The notes under the pieces are model-generated. The model ran no database searches. It was not told the origin of the DNA and was given only the letters and a program-made list of their open reading frames with translations. Positions 52,434 through 61,189 of a stretch of DNA of 64,000 nucleotides are shown here, piece by piece; position 1 is the stretch's first letter, and each line of letters starts with the position of its first letter. Source of the DNA: Candidatus Latescibacterota bacterium (lineage in GTDB: Bacteria; Latescibacterota; UBA2968; GCA-2709665); the NCBI GenBank assembly GCA_963667175.2, contig CAXXXF010000012.1, positions 96,001-160,000 on the forward strand, written 5' to 3'. The position numbers were made by a program, and so were the translations under genes.

Positions 52434-53804
52434 TCAGCGCCGCCTGCGCCAGACGCCGATCCCGACGACGACGGGAATCGCCGGAAGAATCACAATGGAA
52501 AGCCATGAAAGCCACATGAGGTCTTCCGCCGTCATTACGACGCCCCTGAACGCCCACATCTTGGGTCGGATCGAGATCAGGTCCCCCTCTTCCATCAGCC
52601 AGCTCACCGCGTTCATGAACAGGTCGCCGTTGCCCACGGCGTCGAAGAACTCGTTGCCAGCAAAATCGGAGTCCCCAAAAACGACGATCCGGGTGTGGCG
52701 CAACCCGACGTCCGAGGATTCATGGCGGCGGTACTTCGGCCTGTCGAGCACGGCGACAGCGAGCGACGCCGGACCCGGCATGTCCGCTCCCGGATCGTAG
52801 ACCGGCGATGCATCGGGCAGTTTGTCTTCCCGCCAACTGTCTCGCGGATGGGTTGTTAGCAGTTCGTGGATCTGCATTCCGGTGGCGTTTTCGATGCGGG
52901 ACACGGACCGCGCAAGCCTGTAAAACGTCCTCAAATTGCGGCTGCGGTGTTTTTCCGATACCGGATGTCGTGCGTACCAGACCGATCCCGGCATGGAGGG
53001 ATCGCCCGGCCCCCAACCCAGGACGTAGTCGTCGTTGACCCGGATGCCCCATCCCGCCAGCAGGGGTTCCAGACCCGTTTCGCCTCCCGGGTCGAGCAAA
53101 AACAACGCGGATCCCCCACCGGCAAGGAAGTTTCGGATAGAATCGGTTTCGATACTCGAGAATGCGGCCGTCGGCCCGGCCACGATCAACAGATCGCAAT
53201 CCGCCGGTACGCCCGTGCCGGCATCCAGCACCAGCGTATCTCGAACCCCGTACCCGGCCTCCCGCAATGACTGCCCGACGCGAATGAAATCGCCTTCCGG
53301 GGCCTTCAGCGTCCGTTCCCCGTGTCCGGCCGAGAAATAGACGGTTTTCCCGCGTTCCCGGACGACCTTGGCCACCGCGTTGGTCAGGTGATTCTCCTCG
53401 GTTCCCGAAATCCGCTCTTCCCGCCCTTCCGACGTGACTACCGAGATTCGCGGCTTGCCCACCCTGTACCGCCGTGCTTCGCCGGGATGAACCGCGGGAT
53501 CGACCATGGCAAAGGTAAACCGTTCCGAATGATAGGCATAGGCTTCCAGCCTTTCCTTGAACTCGACCGCCTCAGGGTCGGTTTCGTGAAAAAACGCCAG
53601 CACGCGCACGTCCGTCGACAGGGAGTCCAGCAACGTGGCGGTCTGGTCGGAGAGGCTGTGCATTCCGCCTTCCGTAACGTCGATCCGGTGGTGATAGCGC
53701 GTGGCGAGGAAGTTGACTGCAGCCAGAATCGCAAGCAGGGCGAGGACGGCAACCAGGGTACTCGAACCGTATCTGACCAGGCGGGTTCCGAAAAAACCGA
53801 TCAT
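52434..53804 (-). CDS. GldG-like ABC transporter auxiliary component
   Basis: RIDVT..SLSDQT, VYFSAGHGE, LIVAGP, VFGDSDF, N.DLFMNAVSWL, and a C-terminal TM + RRRR. Confidence 0.85.
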   Translation of the reverse strand: MIGFFGTRLVRYGSSTLVAVLALLAILAAVNFLATRYHHRIDVTEGGMHSLSDQTATLLDSLSTDVRVLAFFHETDPEAVEFKERLEAYAYHSERFTFAMVDPAVHPGEARRYRVGKPRISVVTSEGREERISGTEENHLTNAVAKVVRERGKTVYFSAGHGERTLKAPEGDFIRVGQSLREAGYGVRDTLVLDAGTGVPADCDLLIVAGPTAAFSSIETDSIRNFLAGGGSALFLLDPGGETGLEPLLAGWGIRVNDDYVLGWGPGDPSMPGSVWYARHPVSEKHRSRNLRTFYRLARSVSRIENATGMQIHELLTTHPRDSWREDKLPDASPVYDPGADMPGPASLAVAVLDRPKYRRHESSDVGLRHTRIVVFGDSDFAGNEFFDAVGNGDLFMNAVSWLMEEGDLISIRPKMWAFRGVVMTAEDLMWLSWLSIVILPAIPVVVGIGVWRRRR

Positions 53805-53807
53805 TGT

Positions 53808-54584
53808 CTACCGCCTCCAGCGGCGCGATTCAAGCACGGTGTGCGTCAGGAACAGGAAAAAAAACGTAAAGGTGAGGAAAAAGACCACGTCGCTGCTGTC
53901 GATCACGCCCCGCGCCATATCCCTCGTGTGATCAATCAACGAAAGGTAGAAGAGAACGGTGGCCCATTCGCGTCCAATTAGCTCGGGCGAATACCGCACC
54001 ACGAAGAGGAGAAGCAGGAGGACAAATGCGATGACGACCGCAACAATCTGTTTGTCGGTCAGCGAGGAAGCCAGTATGCCCACGCTGATGAACGAACCTC
54101 CCAGCAGCAGGATCGCGACACATGCGGACAGCACCCGGCCCCAATTCAGATCGCCGTAAAACGACACGACGAAGATCAGCGAAAGAAGCAGCAGTTCAAT
54201 GATGACGTACAGCCCGAGACAGGCGGCGAATTTGCCGAGAATGACCTGCCAGGTGGTCAGGGGCGACGTCATCAGGAGTTCGATGGTCCCGGAGCCCTTC
54301 TCCTCCGCGAACAGCCGCATCGTCAGCATTGGCGTCACCACCAGCCAGACGAGGCACTGGCTGAGGAAAAAGTTGAACACAACGTCCTCGTTCACGTTAG
54401 GCGCATCCACGCCGTGCTCCTGATGCTGAAATGAATAATTCAGGCATTTCGCGCGAAACTCGACGACTTCGTTCTGGAAGAGATATCCCATCATCAACAG
54501 GAAACCGGTCGCCACCACGTAGGCGATCGGAGAGCCGAAATAGGAACGCATCTCTTTCCAGAGAATCGCGGCGATATTTCCCAT
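53808..54584 (-). CDS. GldF-like ABC-2 permease
   Basis: KEMRSYFGSPIAY, PMLTMRLFAEEK.SGTIELL.TSP, GKF and SSLT.KQIVA. Confidence 0.88.
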   Translation of the reverse strand: MGNIAAILWKEMRSYFGSPIAYVVATGFLLMMGYLFQNEVVEFRAKCLNYSFQHQEHGVDAPNVNEDVVFNFFLSQCLVWLVVTPMLTMRLFAEEKGSGTIELLMTSPLTTWQVILGKFAACLGLYVIIELLLLSLIFVVSFYGDLNWGRVLSACVAILLLGGSFISVGILASSLTDKQIVAVVIAFVLLLLLFVVRYSPELIGREWATVLFYLSLIDHTRDMARGVIDSSDVVFFLTFTFFFLFLTHTVLESRRWRR

Positions 54585-55519
54585 CAGGCGCCTGCCTCCT
54601 CGTGTCCTGTCAATTCGCGAAAGACGTCCTCCAATCCGGCCGTTATCGGTCTCAGTTCCACCAGTCCAAGGTCGCGCTCCACCAGCCTCGCTGCGATCGA
54701 CGGACGCATGTCGGTTTCGCCGGACGCCTCGATCTGTAACGCCTGGTTGTCGTCCGCCCTCCTGACGTCCACCACGCCCGCAACCTCCCGGATGGCTTCG
54801 GCGGCAGCGTCCAGGCCGCCGGACACCGCCACGTAATACCGCCGATTGCCCGACGCGCCCGCCGTCAGGTTTTCCGGCGTATCCACGGCCGCAATCCGAC
54901 CCCTGTTGATGATAATCACGCGATCGCAGGTCTTTTCGACCTCGGGCAGAATGTGTGTGCTCAGAATCACCGTGTGTTCGCGTCCCAGGCCGCGGATCAC
55001 CCTGCGAATCTCCTGGATCTGGTTGGGATCCAGCCCGATGGTGGGTTCATCCAGGATAATGACGTCCGGGTCGTGAAGGATGGCCTGGGCGATGCCGACC
55101 CGCTGACGATATCCCTTGGAAAGCTGGCCGATGATCTGCTTCGCCCGGTCCCTGATCCCGCATCGTTCCATCGCGTCGTCCACCCGGGTCCCGCGATTCC
55201 GCGACGGCACGCCCTTGATCCGCGCCACGAAATCCAGGTACGACCTTACGTACATGTCCCTGTACAGCGGCGGGTGTTCCGGCAGGTACCCGATTCGCCT
55301 CTTGACCTCCATCGGGTCGTGGAACACGTCGAAGCCGGCCACCCGGGCGGCGCCCAGCGTGGCCGGCTGAAAACACGTCAGGATGCGCATGGTGGTGGTC
55401 TTGCCCGCGCCGTTCGGGCCGAGAAATCCGACGACCTCTCCCTTTTCCACGTTGAAGGTGAGGTCCTTGACCGCAACCAGCGACCCATATTGTTTGGTCA
55501 GATGATCAACCTCGATCAC
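54584..55519 (-). CDS. GldA-like ABC transporter ATP-binding protein
   Basis: GPNGAGKTT, LSKGYRQR, ILDEPTIGLDP and LSTHILPEV. Confidence 0.92.
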   Translation of the reverse strand: MIEVDHLTKQYGSLVAVKDLTFNVEKGEVVGFLGPNGAGKTTTMRILTCFQPATLGAARVAGFDVFHDPMEVKRRIGYLPEHPPLYRDMYVRSYLDFVARIKGVPSRNRGTRVDDAMERCGIRDRAKQIIGQLSKGYRQRVGIAQAILHDPDVIILDEPTIGLDPNQIQEIRRVIRGLGREHTVILSTHILPEVEKTCDRVIIINRGRIAAVDTPENLTAGASGNRRYYVAVSGGLDAAAEAIREVAGVVDVRRADDNQALQIEASGETDMRPSIAARLVERDLGLVELRPITAGLEDVFRELTGHEEAGA

Positions 55520-55529
55520 GCCGGCCCTC

Positions 55530-56411
55530 CTATGCCGCGATCTGCTGCGCCCGCTTTCTGAAGAATCGCATCAGCGCATCCGCGTAGGACGCTTCCGTAT
55601 GGATATCCACGCGGTCGACGCCAACGGAACGGAACAGCTGATCCCGCCGCTCCTCCGCCTTGTCGTTCAACTGCCGGAAAAGAACCCGAAACTCCCGGTC
55701 GGAAGTATCCACCAGCATCTCGCGGCCGGTTTCCGCGTCTTCCATTTCGACGAGACCGACGTCGGGCAATTCACGCTCCCGCGGGTCCTGAAGCACAACC
55801 GCGATCAGGTCGTGCCGCCGGCACGATACACGAAGCGCCGCTTCGTAGCCGGAAGCCAGAAAGTCGGAAACAAGAAACACCACGCTCTTCCGCTTGTTGA
55901 TCCGGTTGAGGGTATCCAGGGCGGCGCCGACGTCCGTTCCCCGCCGGCTGGGCCGGAAGTACAACAGTTCCCGTATGACCCGCAACACGTGCTTCCTGCC
56001 CTTCTTGGGCGGTATAAACGCCTCCACGTCGTCCGTGAAGATAATCAGCCCCACCCGATCGTTGTTCTGTATCGCCGAGAATGCCAGCAGGGCGCAGATC
56101 TCGACGCCGATTTCGCCCTTCATCTGCGAGACGGTTCCGAAATCGCCGGAGGCGCTGGCATCCACCATCAACATCACCGTCAGTTCGCGTTCTTCGTCGT
56201 ACACCTTGACAAAGGGATGTCCCATCCGGGCGGTGACGTTCCAGTCTATCGCTCGGATATCGTCCCCCACCTGGTATTCACGCACTTCGGCAAACGCCAT
56301 TCCCTGGCCCTTGAAGACGGAATGGTACTCTCCCGAAAACACGGTATCGACCAGGCGCCTCGTGCGCAGTTCAATGCGCTTCACCTTCCTGAGTATCTCG
56401 GCGGGAATCAT
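55530..56411 (-). CDS. DUF58 (VWA-like) MoxR partner
   Basis: SVFKGQGMAFAEVREYQVGDDIRAIDWNVTAR, EEREL-like motif, DASAS and SDF. Confidence 0.92.
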   Translation of the reverse strand: MIPAEILRKVKRIELRTRRLVDTVFSGEYHSVFKGQGMAFAEVREYQVGDDIRAIDWNVTARMGHPFVKVYDEERELTVMLMVDASASGDFGTVSQMKGEIGVEICALLAFSAIQNNDRVGLIIFTDDVEAFIPPKKGRKHVLRVIRELLYFRPSRRGTDVGAALDTLNRINKRKSVVFLVSDFLASGYEAALRVSCRRHDLIAVVLQDPRERELPDVGLVEMEDAETGREMLVDTSDREFRVLFRQLNDKAEERRDQLFRSVGVDRVDIHTEASYADALMRFFRKRAQQIAA

Positions 56412-56415
56412 CGCG

Positions 56416-57411
56416 TCAGGGCACCTCGATATGATCGAAAATCCGACGGACGATCTCCTCAGAATCGACCTCCTCGGCTTCCGCTTCGTACGTTACGATC
56501 ACCCGGTGACGAAGCACGTCCAGGCCCATGGCTTTCACGTCTTCCGGCGTCACGTATCCCCTCTGCCGCAAAAAGGCGTGGGCCTTGGCCGCGCGCGTCA
56601 GGAAGATGGAACCCCGCGGCGAACATCCGTATTCTATCAGCGCGTTGAGATCCTGAATCCCGAACGCGGCGGGGTCGCGGGTTGCCAGCATCAGGTTTAC
56701 GACGTAGTCCTTGATCTTGTCGTCGACGTACACCCGGTCGACCACCCCACGCGCGCGGATGATATCTTCGGGCCGGACCACGGGGTTCGGGGCCGGGGGT
56801 TCCCCGCCCTCCATCCGGTCGATGATCGCCCGCTCCTCCTCCCGGCGAGGATAGGTGACGCGGACCTTCATCATGAACCGGTCCACCTGCGCCTCCGGCA
56901 GCGGATAGGTTCCCTCCTGCTCAATGGGATTCTGCGTGGCCAGAACCAGAAACGGATCGTCCATCCGGAAGGTCCGGTCGCCGATGGTCACCTGCCGCTC
57001 CTGCATCGCCTCAAGCATGGCGCTCTGCACCTTGGCGGGCGCTCTGTTCACTTCGTCGGCGAGCACGAGTTGCGCGAAGACCGGACCTCTCTTCGGCGCG
57101 AATTCGCCGGTGGCCTGGTTGTAGATCATCGTACCGATCAGGTCCGCGGGCAACAGATCGGGGGTGAACTGAATCCGGCTGAACGAGGCCTGGATCGCGC
57201 TTGCAAGCGTGGTGACGGTCAAGGTCTTTGCCAGGCCGGGCACGCCTTCGAGCAACACGTGGCCGTTGCACAGCAGTCCGATCAGCAGCCGTTCCACCAT
57301 GGGCTCCTGGCCTACGATCACACGGCCCACCTCACCCGTGAGGCGCTGGACAAAGGCGCTCTCCCGTTCCACTTCATCGTTCAGTTGCTGGATTTCGGCG
57401 GCGATCATCAT
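56416..57411 (-). CDS. moxR: MoxR family AAA+ ATPase
   Basis: LEGVPGLAKT, RIQFTPDLLPAD, DEVNRAPAKVQSA and ATQNPIEQEGTYPLPEAQVDRF. Confidence 0.95.
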   Translation of the reverse strand: MMIAAEIQQLNDEVERESAFVQRLTGEVGRVIVGQEPMVERLLIGLLCNGHVLLEGVPGLAKTLTVTTLASAIQASFSRIQFTPDLLPADLIGTMIYNQATGEFAPKRGPVFAQLVLADEVNRAPAKVQSAMLEAMQERQVTIGDRTFRMDDPFLVLATQNPIEQEGTYPLPEAQVDRFMMKVRVTYPRREEERAIIDRMEGGEPPAPNPVVRPEDIIRARGVVDRVYVDDKIKDYVVNLMLATRDPAAFGIQDLNALIEYGCSPRGSIFLTRAAKAHAFLRQRGYVTPEDVKAMGLDVLRHRVIVTYEAEAEEVDSEEIVRRIFDHIEVP

Positions 57412-57607
57412 CCTGGAATCCCAAAATAGAACACCGGACGGTTTCCTCATGCACCGATACCGTCCGGCTGCGACGTGCTGATGGATAATCGAGAAATCAT
57501 GGCTTCAAGAACGGAACGACAGCCTGAAACGGCGATACGCGTGGGATCGGGGCGCGTCGACAGGGACCCTGTACCGACCTCTGTCGAAACACGTACCCGT
57601 TCCCGGT

Positions 57608-58093
57608 TCAGTTTACGCTTGTGGCTGAGGTCGAATCGACGGGAAACCACTCTTCGGGCGGCTTCCCCAGATTCCTGATGGAAACAGCGGCATCGTCGTA
57701 CAATTCCGACTTCGGGAACAGATCGATGACTTTCTGATAAGCCTCTCGGGCCTGTGGATATTTCCCCTGGAGATCGTAGGCGTACCCGATCATGAACTGC
57801 GCCTGGTCCGCGTATCGGCTCTCCGGGAAACGCGATACCAGCGTCTCATAGGATCCGATTGCCTCGTCGAATTTGTGTCGATTCAGCAGCACGCGAGCCA
57901 GCGCGTGCAGGACCAGGTCCGCCCTCGGATCGTCAGGATAGAAGTCCAGGAATTTCTTGAGATGCGCCTCTGCCTCCGGATAGGTCGACTCCTTGTGCGT
58001 TGCCGCCTCCCCTTTTGCAAAGAGCTCATCCGCGGATTCGCGGCCGCATCCGACGAGAAGCGCCATGCCCAGAACCCATGTCCATCGGATCAT
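57608..58093 (-). CDS. TPR lipoprotein (BamD/CpoB-like repeats)
   Basis: Lipobox LVGC; repeats with YPDDP, FPESRY and FPKSEL. Confidence 0.75.
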   Translation of the reverse strand: MIRWTWVLGMALLVGCGRESADELFAKGEAATHKESTYPEAEAHLKKFLDFYPDDPRADLVLHALARVLLNRHKFDEAIGSYETLVSRFPESRYADQAQFMIGYAYDLQGKYPQAREAYQKVIDLFPKSELYDDAAVSIRNLGKPPEEWFPVDSTSATSVN

Positions 58094-58302
58094 TCTCGAC
58101 GTCCTCTCCCTATTATTATATAGAAATACACTTCAACCGAATCCCGGTTCCGGAATTTTGGATGCCCCGTTGAAATTCAGCGACCGCGTCCGCGGGAAGC
58201 GTCCCGGAAGGAACCGGCCGCGCCAATCCGGGTCAGCAGATGGCACGGGCATCTATATCTTCTTTATTTTATTGAGGATAATCCGACGCAAGGCGGAACG
58301 GA

Positions 58303-58331
58303 AATCTAACGGTTTGCCCACCTGGAGTCAA
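58303..58331 (-). promoter_or_regulatory. Putative promoter for the TPR-moxR-gld-bat operon
   Basis: TTGACT (58331-58326), 17 nt spacer, TAGATT (58308-58303), with an upstream A tract. Confidence 0.55.
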
Positions 58332-58368
58332 GCGTTTTTTGTGCGTGAACGCGGCATACAGCCCCGAC

Positions 58369-58744
58369 TCATCCGCCCGAAGGCGCCCGCTCTCCGAAGG
58401 TCACGATGTTCCCGTCCGGGTCCGGTCAACTGGAAATCCCGCATTCCGTAGAAGCGGTCCTGTATTTCACGATGGATCCTCACCCCCTGCTCGATACAGA
58501 AAGCGTAATAGGCGTCGACGCCCCGCATTTCGATCACCGCCTGCGACACCCCATGGACGACCGGATCCATTCTTGTGCCGAGATGGATGGAGAACGCGCC
58601 CATGCGAACCACGGCGTACACGACGCCGTTGCGGAATTCCCGTTCAAAACCGATCCGCCCGTAGAACGCCATGGCGCGGTCGACGTCCGACACGATCAAT
58701 ACAGGACGGGTTGCCGTAATTGCCCACTCGCCGGGCGCAGGCAT
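58369..58744 (-). pseudogene. VOC/glyoxalase (bleomycin-resistance-like) gene with a +1 frameshift
   Basis: PVL.VSDVDRAMAFY..GF and YGMRDFQLT. Removing one base at ~58422 restores DPDGNIVTFGE and a TGA at 58369-58371. May be a sequencing error. Confidence 0.7.
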
Positions 58745-58783
58745 GGTGTCACTCCAATATTCCGCGACGCCGTACGGTGAGCA

Positions 58784-59845
58784 TTAATCCGGAACATCCG
58801 CCACGTAAATCTGGCTCGTGCCGGTTCGATCAGAGGTATAGATCACCCGTTTTCCGTCCGGACTGAACGAAGGGTGAGGATGAGACCACTGCGGACCGTA
58901 CGTTTCCGGCGTCGTTTTGTCATCATCCGCGGGGATCGTCTCCGCCCACTGGGCGCCTCCGTTGGAGCTGCCCGGATAGCAGAGCGTTTCGCGGGCCCCG
59001 GTATCCGGATCGATCAATTGCAGTCCGATATCCGGACAGGTGGTGTCGCACACGATGAGGGATCCATCCCGGCGCGGCGAAGGATGCCAGACGTTGAATG
59101 AAGCGATGGTCCGGTCTTCGTCCGCTCCCACCCTGATCGCCCGTAGCGCGAAGGGCCAATGTACGAACATGACGGTATCGGAGTGTCCGAGAAACGTCTC
59201 GTGCGTAATCCACGTCGATTTGTCATGCACGAAAAGCGCGCGTTCACCGCTTCCGTCGATTCTTACCTCCCACATGCGCTGATTCACGTCGCTGGAATAC
59301 AGGATCAGGTCCGGGTCTGCCGGGCAGACCTGGACATGGCCGACGGCCCGTGGCGGCTCCCGAACCACCCGGTATCCGGACCCGTCGGTTTCCACGGCGA
59401 CCACAGCCGATGCTCCGTGCCGCTGCAAGGAAGTGACCAGGCGCGCGCCGTCCGACGAGAGGCTGCACCCACCCGCGCTGCCGCTTCCGAAATCGGCGAG
59501 GACCGATTCCTTCAGCGTGTCCAGGTCCACGGCGCGTACCTGTCCGCGCGCATTGTAAAACACCCTGCTACCGTCTCGCGACGGGCAGGCGGCGAATCCC
59601 CCGAATCCTTCCATATCGGTCAGCTGCGTCATTGTGCCGCCGGCCTCGTCCATCTTGAAGAGATCGGGCTTCCCGGAGCGGTACGAGGTAAAGACAATGG
59701 TGTTTCCGTCCGGGGTCCACGACGGATTCGAAAAGTACAGATTGTGATTGACGGAGGGATGATCCGTCATCTGAAGGATGGTCGCGCCGGTCCTGTCGTC
59801 ACGCAGCGCGCTCACCTCGGATTCGAACGTGCGACCCTTCCCCAT
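58784..59845 (-). CDS. Oligogalacturonate lyase-like / TolB-like beta-propeller protein
   Basis: HNLYF..WTPDG, THE, and HPHPSFSPDGKRVIYTSDRTG; ATG 59845. Confidence 0.75.
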   Translation of the reverse strand: MGKGRTFESEVSALRDDRTGATILQMTDHPSVNHNLYFSNPSWTPDGNTIVFTSYRSGKPDLFKMDEAGGTMTQLTDMEGFGGFAACPSRDGSRVFYNARGQVRAVDLDTLKESVLADFGSGSAGGCSLSSDGARLVTSLQRHGASAVVAVETDGSGYRVVREPPRAVGHVQVCPADPDLILYSSDVNQRMWEVRIDGSGERALFVHDKSTWITHETFLGHSDTVMFVHWPFALRAIRVGADEDRTIASFNVWHPSPRRDGSLIVCDTTCPDIGLQLIDPDTGARETLCYPGSSNGGAQWAETIPADDDKTTPETYGPQWSHPHPSFSPDGKRVIYTSDRTGTSQIYVADVPD

Positions 59846-59885
59846 GTCCGATTTCTCCCGGTCTCGTGGATCCGGCCGAATTCCA

Positions 59886-61085
59886 TTACCTCTTCGGAAA
59901 GAATATGTCGACGCACGCTTCCACGTCGAACGGATCGCAGGCGTATTCCCGCGCGAAATTCTCCAGAAACCTCGTTTCCCGCGCCGTGGGTTCCCGGAGC
60001 GGGAGGTCCACCGGTATCCGTCCCAACCGCCCGGACTCCGCCACCGCGAGTTCGATCTCCACGTCTTTTGTCGCGCGGCGCCCGTCGTATCGCGTCGGCA
60101 CGTCTTCAAGCACCGCCCTTGCGATACTGTCCATCTCTTCCACGATCGCCAGCCCGCGCGGAGACGTCCTGTAACGGGGCCAGGGATTCTCCCAGACCAG
60201 CGGAGGGTCGGTATCGACCACCATCCGGTCCAGCACCTGCGTCCCGTCCATCTCCCGAGTTTCCGTCCTGATCGGACAGACCGTGGCGCGCCCGCCGTTC
60301 AGGCGCTGAGCTTCGGTGGTCCAATGCAGTTCGTCTTCCACAATGGTCCCTGTGGTGCCGTCCACCTGGAACAACGTCTTGCTCTTGCGTCCGAGCGCCC
60401 GGCCGTGGTACATGGACGAATACGACATGACGGCCAGCGCCCCGTTCGCGAACTCGACCAGGTCCATCGTCCAGGCTTCGGATTCATACTGCCGGATCTC
60501 GCTGATGTTCACCCTGGGAATCGGCGAATTCATCGTAAGGCCGGTAACCCGCACGGCTTCCGAATCGCGCGCCATCGCCCTTACGTTGCTCACGATGTGA
60601 TAGCCGCCGGTCTGAAACAGAGAGAATACCCTCAGGACGTCCCCGATGAATCCTGCCTCGATCGCCTTGCGCTTCATCAGATGCATCGGTTCCCGGCAGA
60701 ACTGCTCGGCCACCTCCAGCTTTACCCCGCCCCGCTCGACCGCCCGGATAAGGACGTCCGCAGTCTGCAGCGCGGGTGAGATCGGCGTCTCCACGATGAG
60801 ATTGACGCCTCGCTCGGCCAGATACGCGCCGACGGCGTGGTGGGAATCGCCCGGGGTGCTGACAGCCGCGATATCCAGATCTTCATTCGCCGCCAGGTCC
60901 TGTACCCGCGAATAGGCGGGGACCCCGTATTCGGCGCCGACCGCCTTCGCCTTTTCCGCGTCCACGTCGCAGACGGCGACCAGCTCGAACACGTCCGACA
61001 TCATGCGGATCGCGTTAAGCCGTACGGCCCGACCCCGGCTGCCGCAGCCCACCTGGGCGATTCTCAGTTTGCGGTCTTCGGGCAT
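59886..61085 (-). CDS. Gfo/Idh/MocA family oxidoreductase
   Basis: VGCGSRG Rossmann motif, LVAVCD, TP..H, ETP and VAEQF. Confidence 0.85.
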   Translation of the reverse strand: MPEDRKLRIAQVGCGSRGRAVRLNAIRMMSDVFELVAVCDVDAEKAKAVGAEYGVPAYSRVQDLAANEDLDIAAVSTPGDSHHAVGAYLAERGVNLIVETPISPALQTADVLIRAVERGGVKLEVAEQFCREPMHLMKRKAIEAGFIGDVLRVFSLFQTGGYHIVSNVRAMARDSEAVRVTGLTMNSPIPRVNISEIRQYESEAWTMDLVEFANGALAVMSYSSMYHGRALGRKSKTLFQVDGTTGTIVEDELHWTTEAQRLNGGRATVCPIRTETREMDGTQVLDRMVVDTDPPLVWENPWPRYRTSPRGLAIVEEMDSIARAVLEDVPTRYDGRRATKDVEIELAVAESGRLGRIPVDLPLREPTARETRFLENFAREYACDPFDVEACVDIFFPKR

Positions 61086-61189
61086 TTTCGGCCATCAATT
61101 CTGATGAATACGGCGGTATCGCAATTCTCGTGTTTCCATTTGCGATCCGGCCGACGCTGTCGGATATCTCCGGACAGACGAAGTTCGAG

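Noticed and set aside
52434-55519. Gliding motility as the function of the gldAFG-like genes
   Set aside because: No gldK-N or spr genes in the window, and such ABC cassettes occur in non-gliding taxa.
58280-58325. GGGCAAACC and GACGCAA words reminiscent of a c-di-GMP-I riboswitch
   Set aside because: The two words are on opposite strands and GGGCAAACC falls within the promoter spacer; no P2/P3 architecture.
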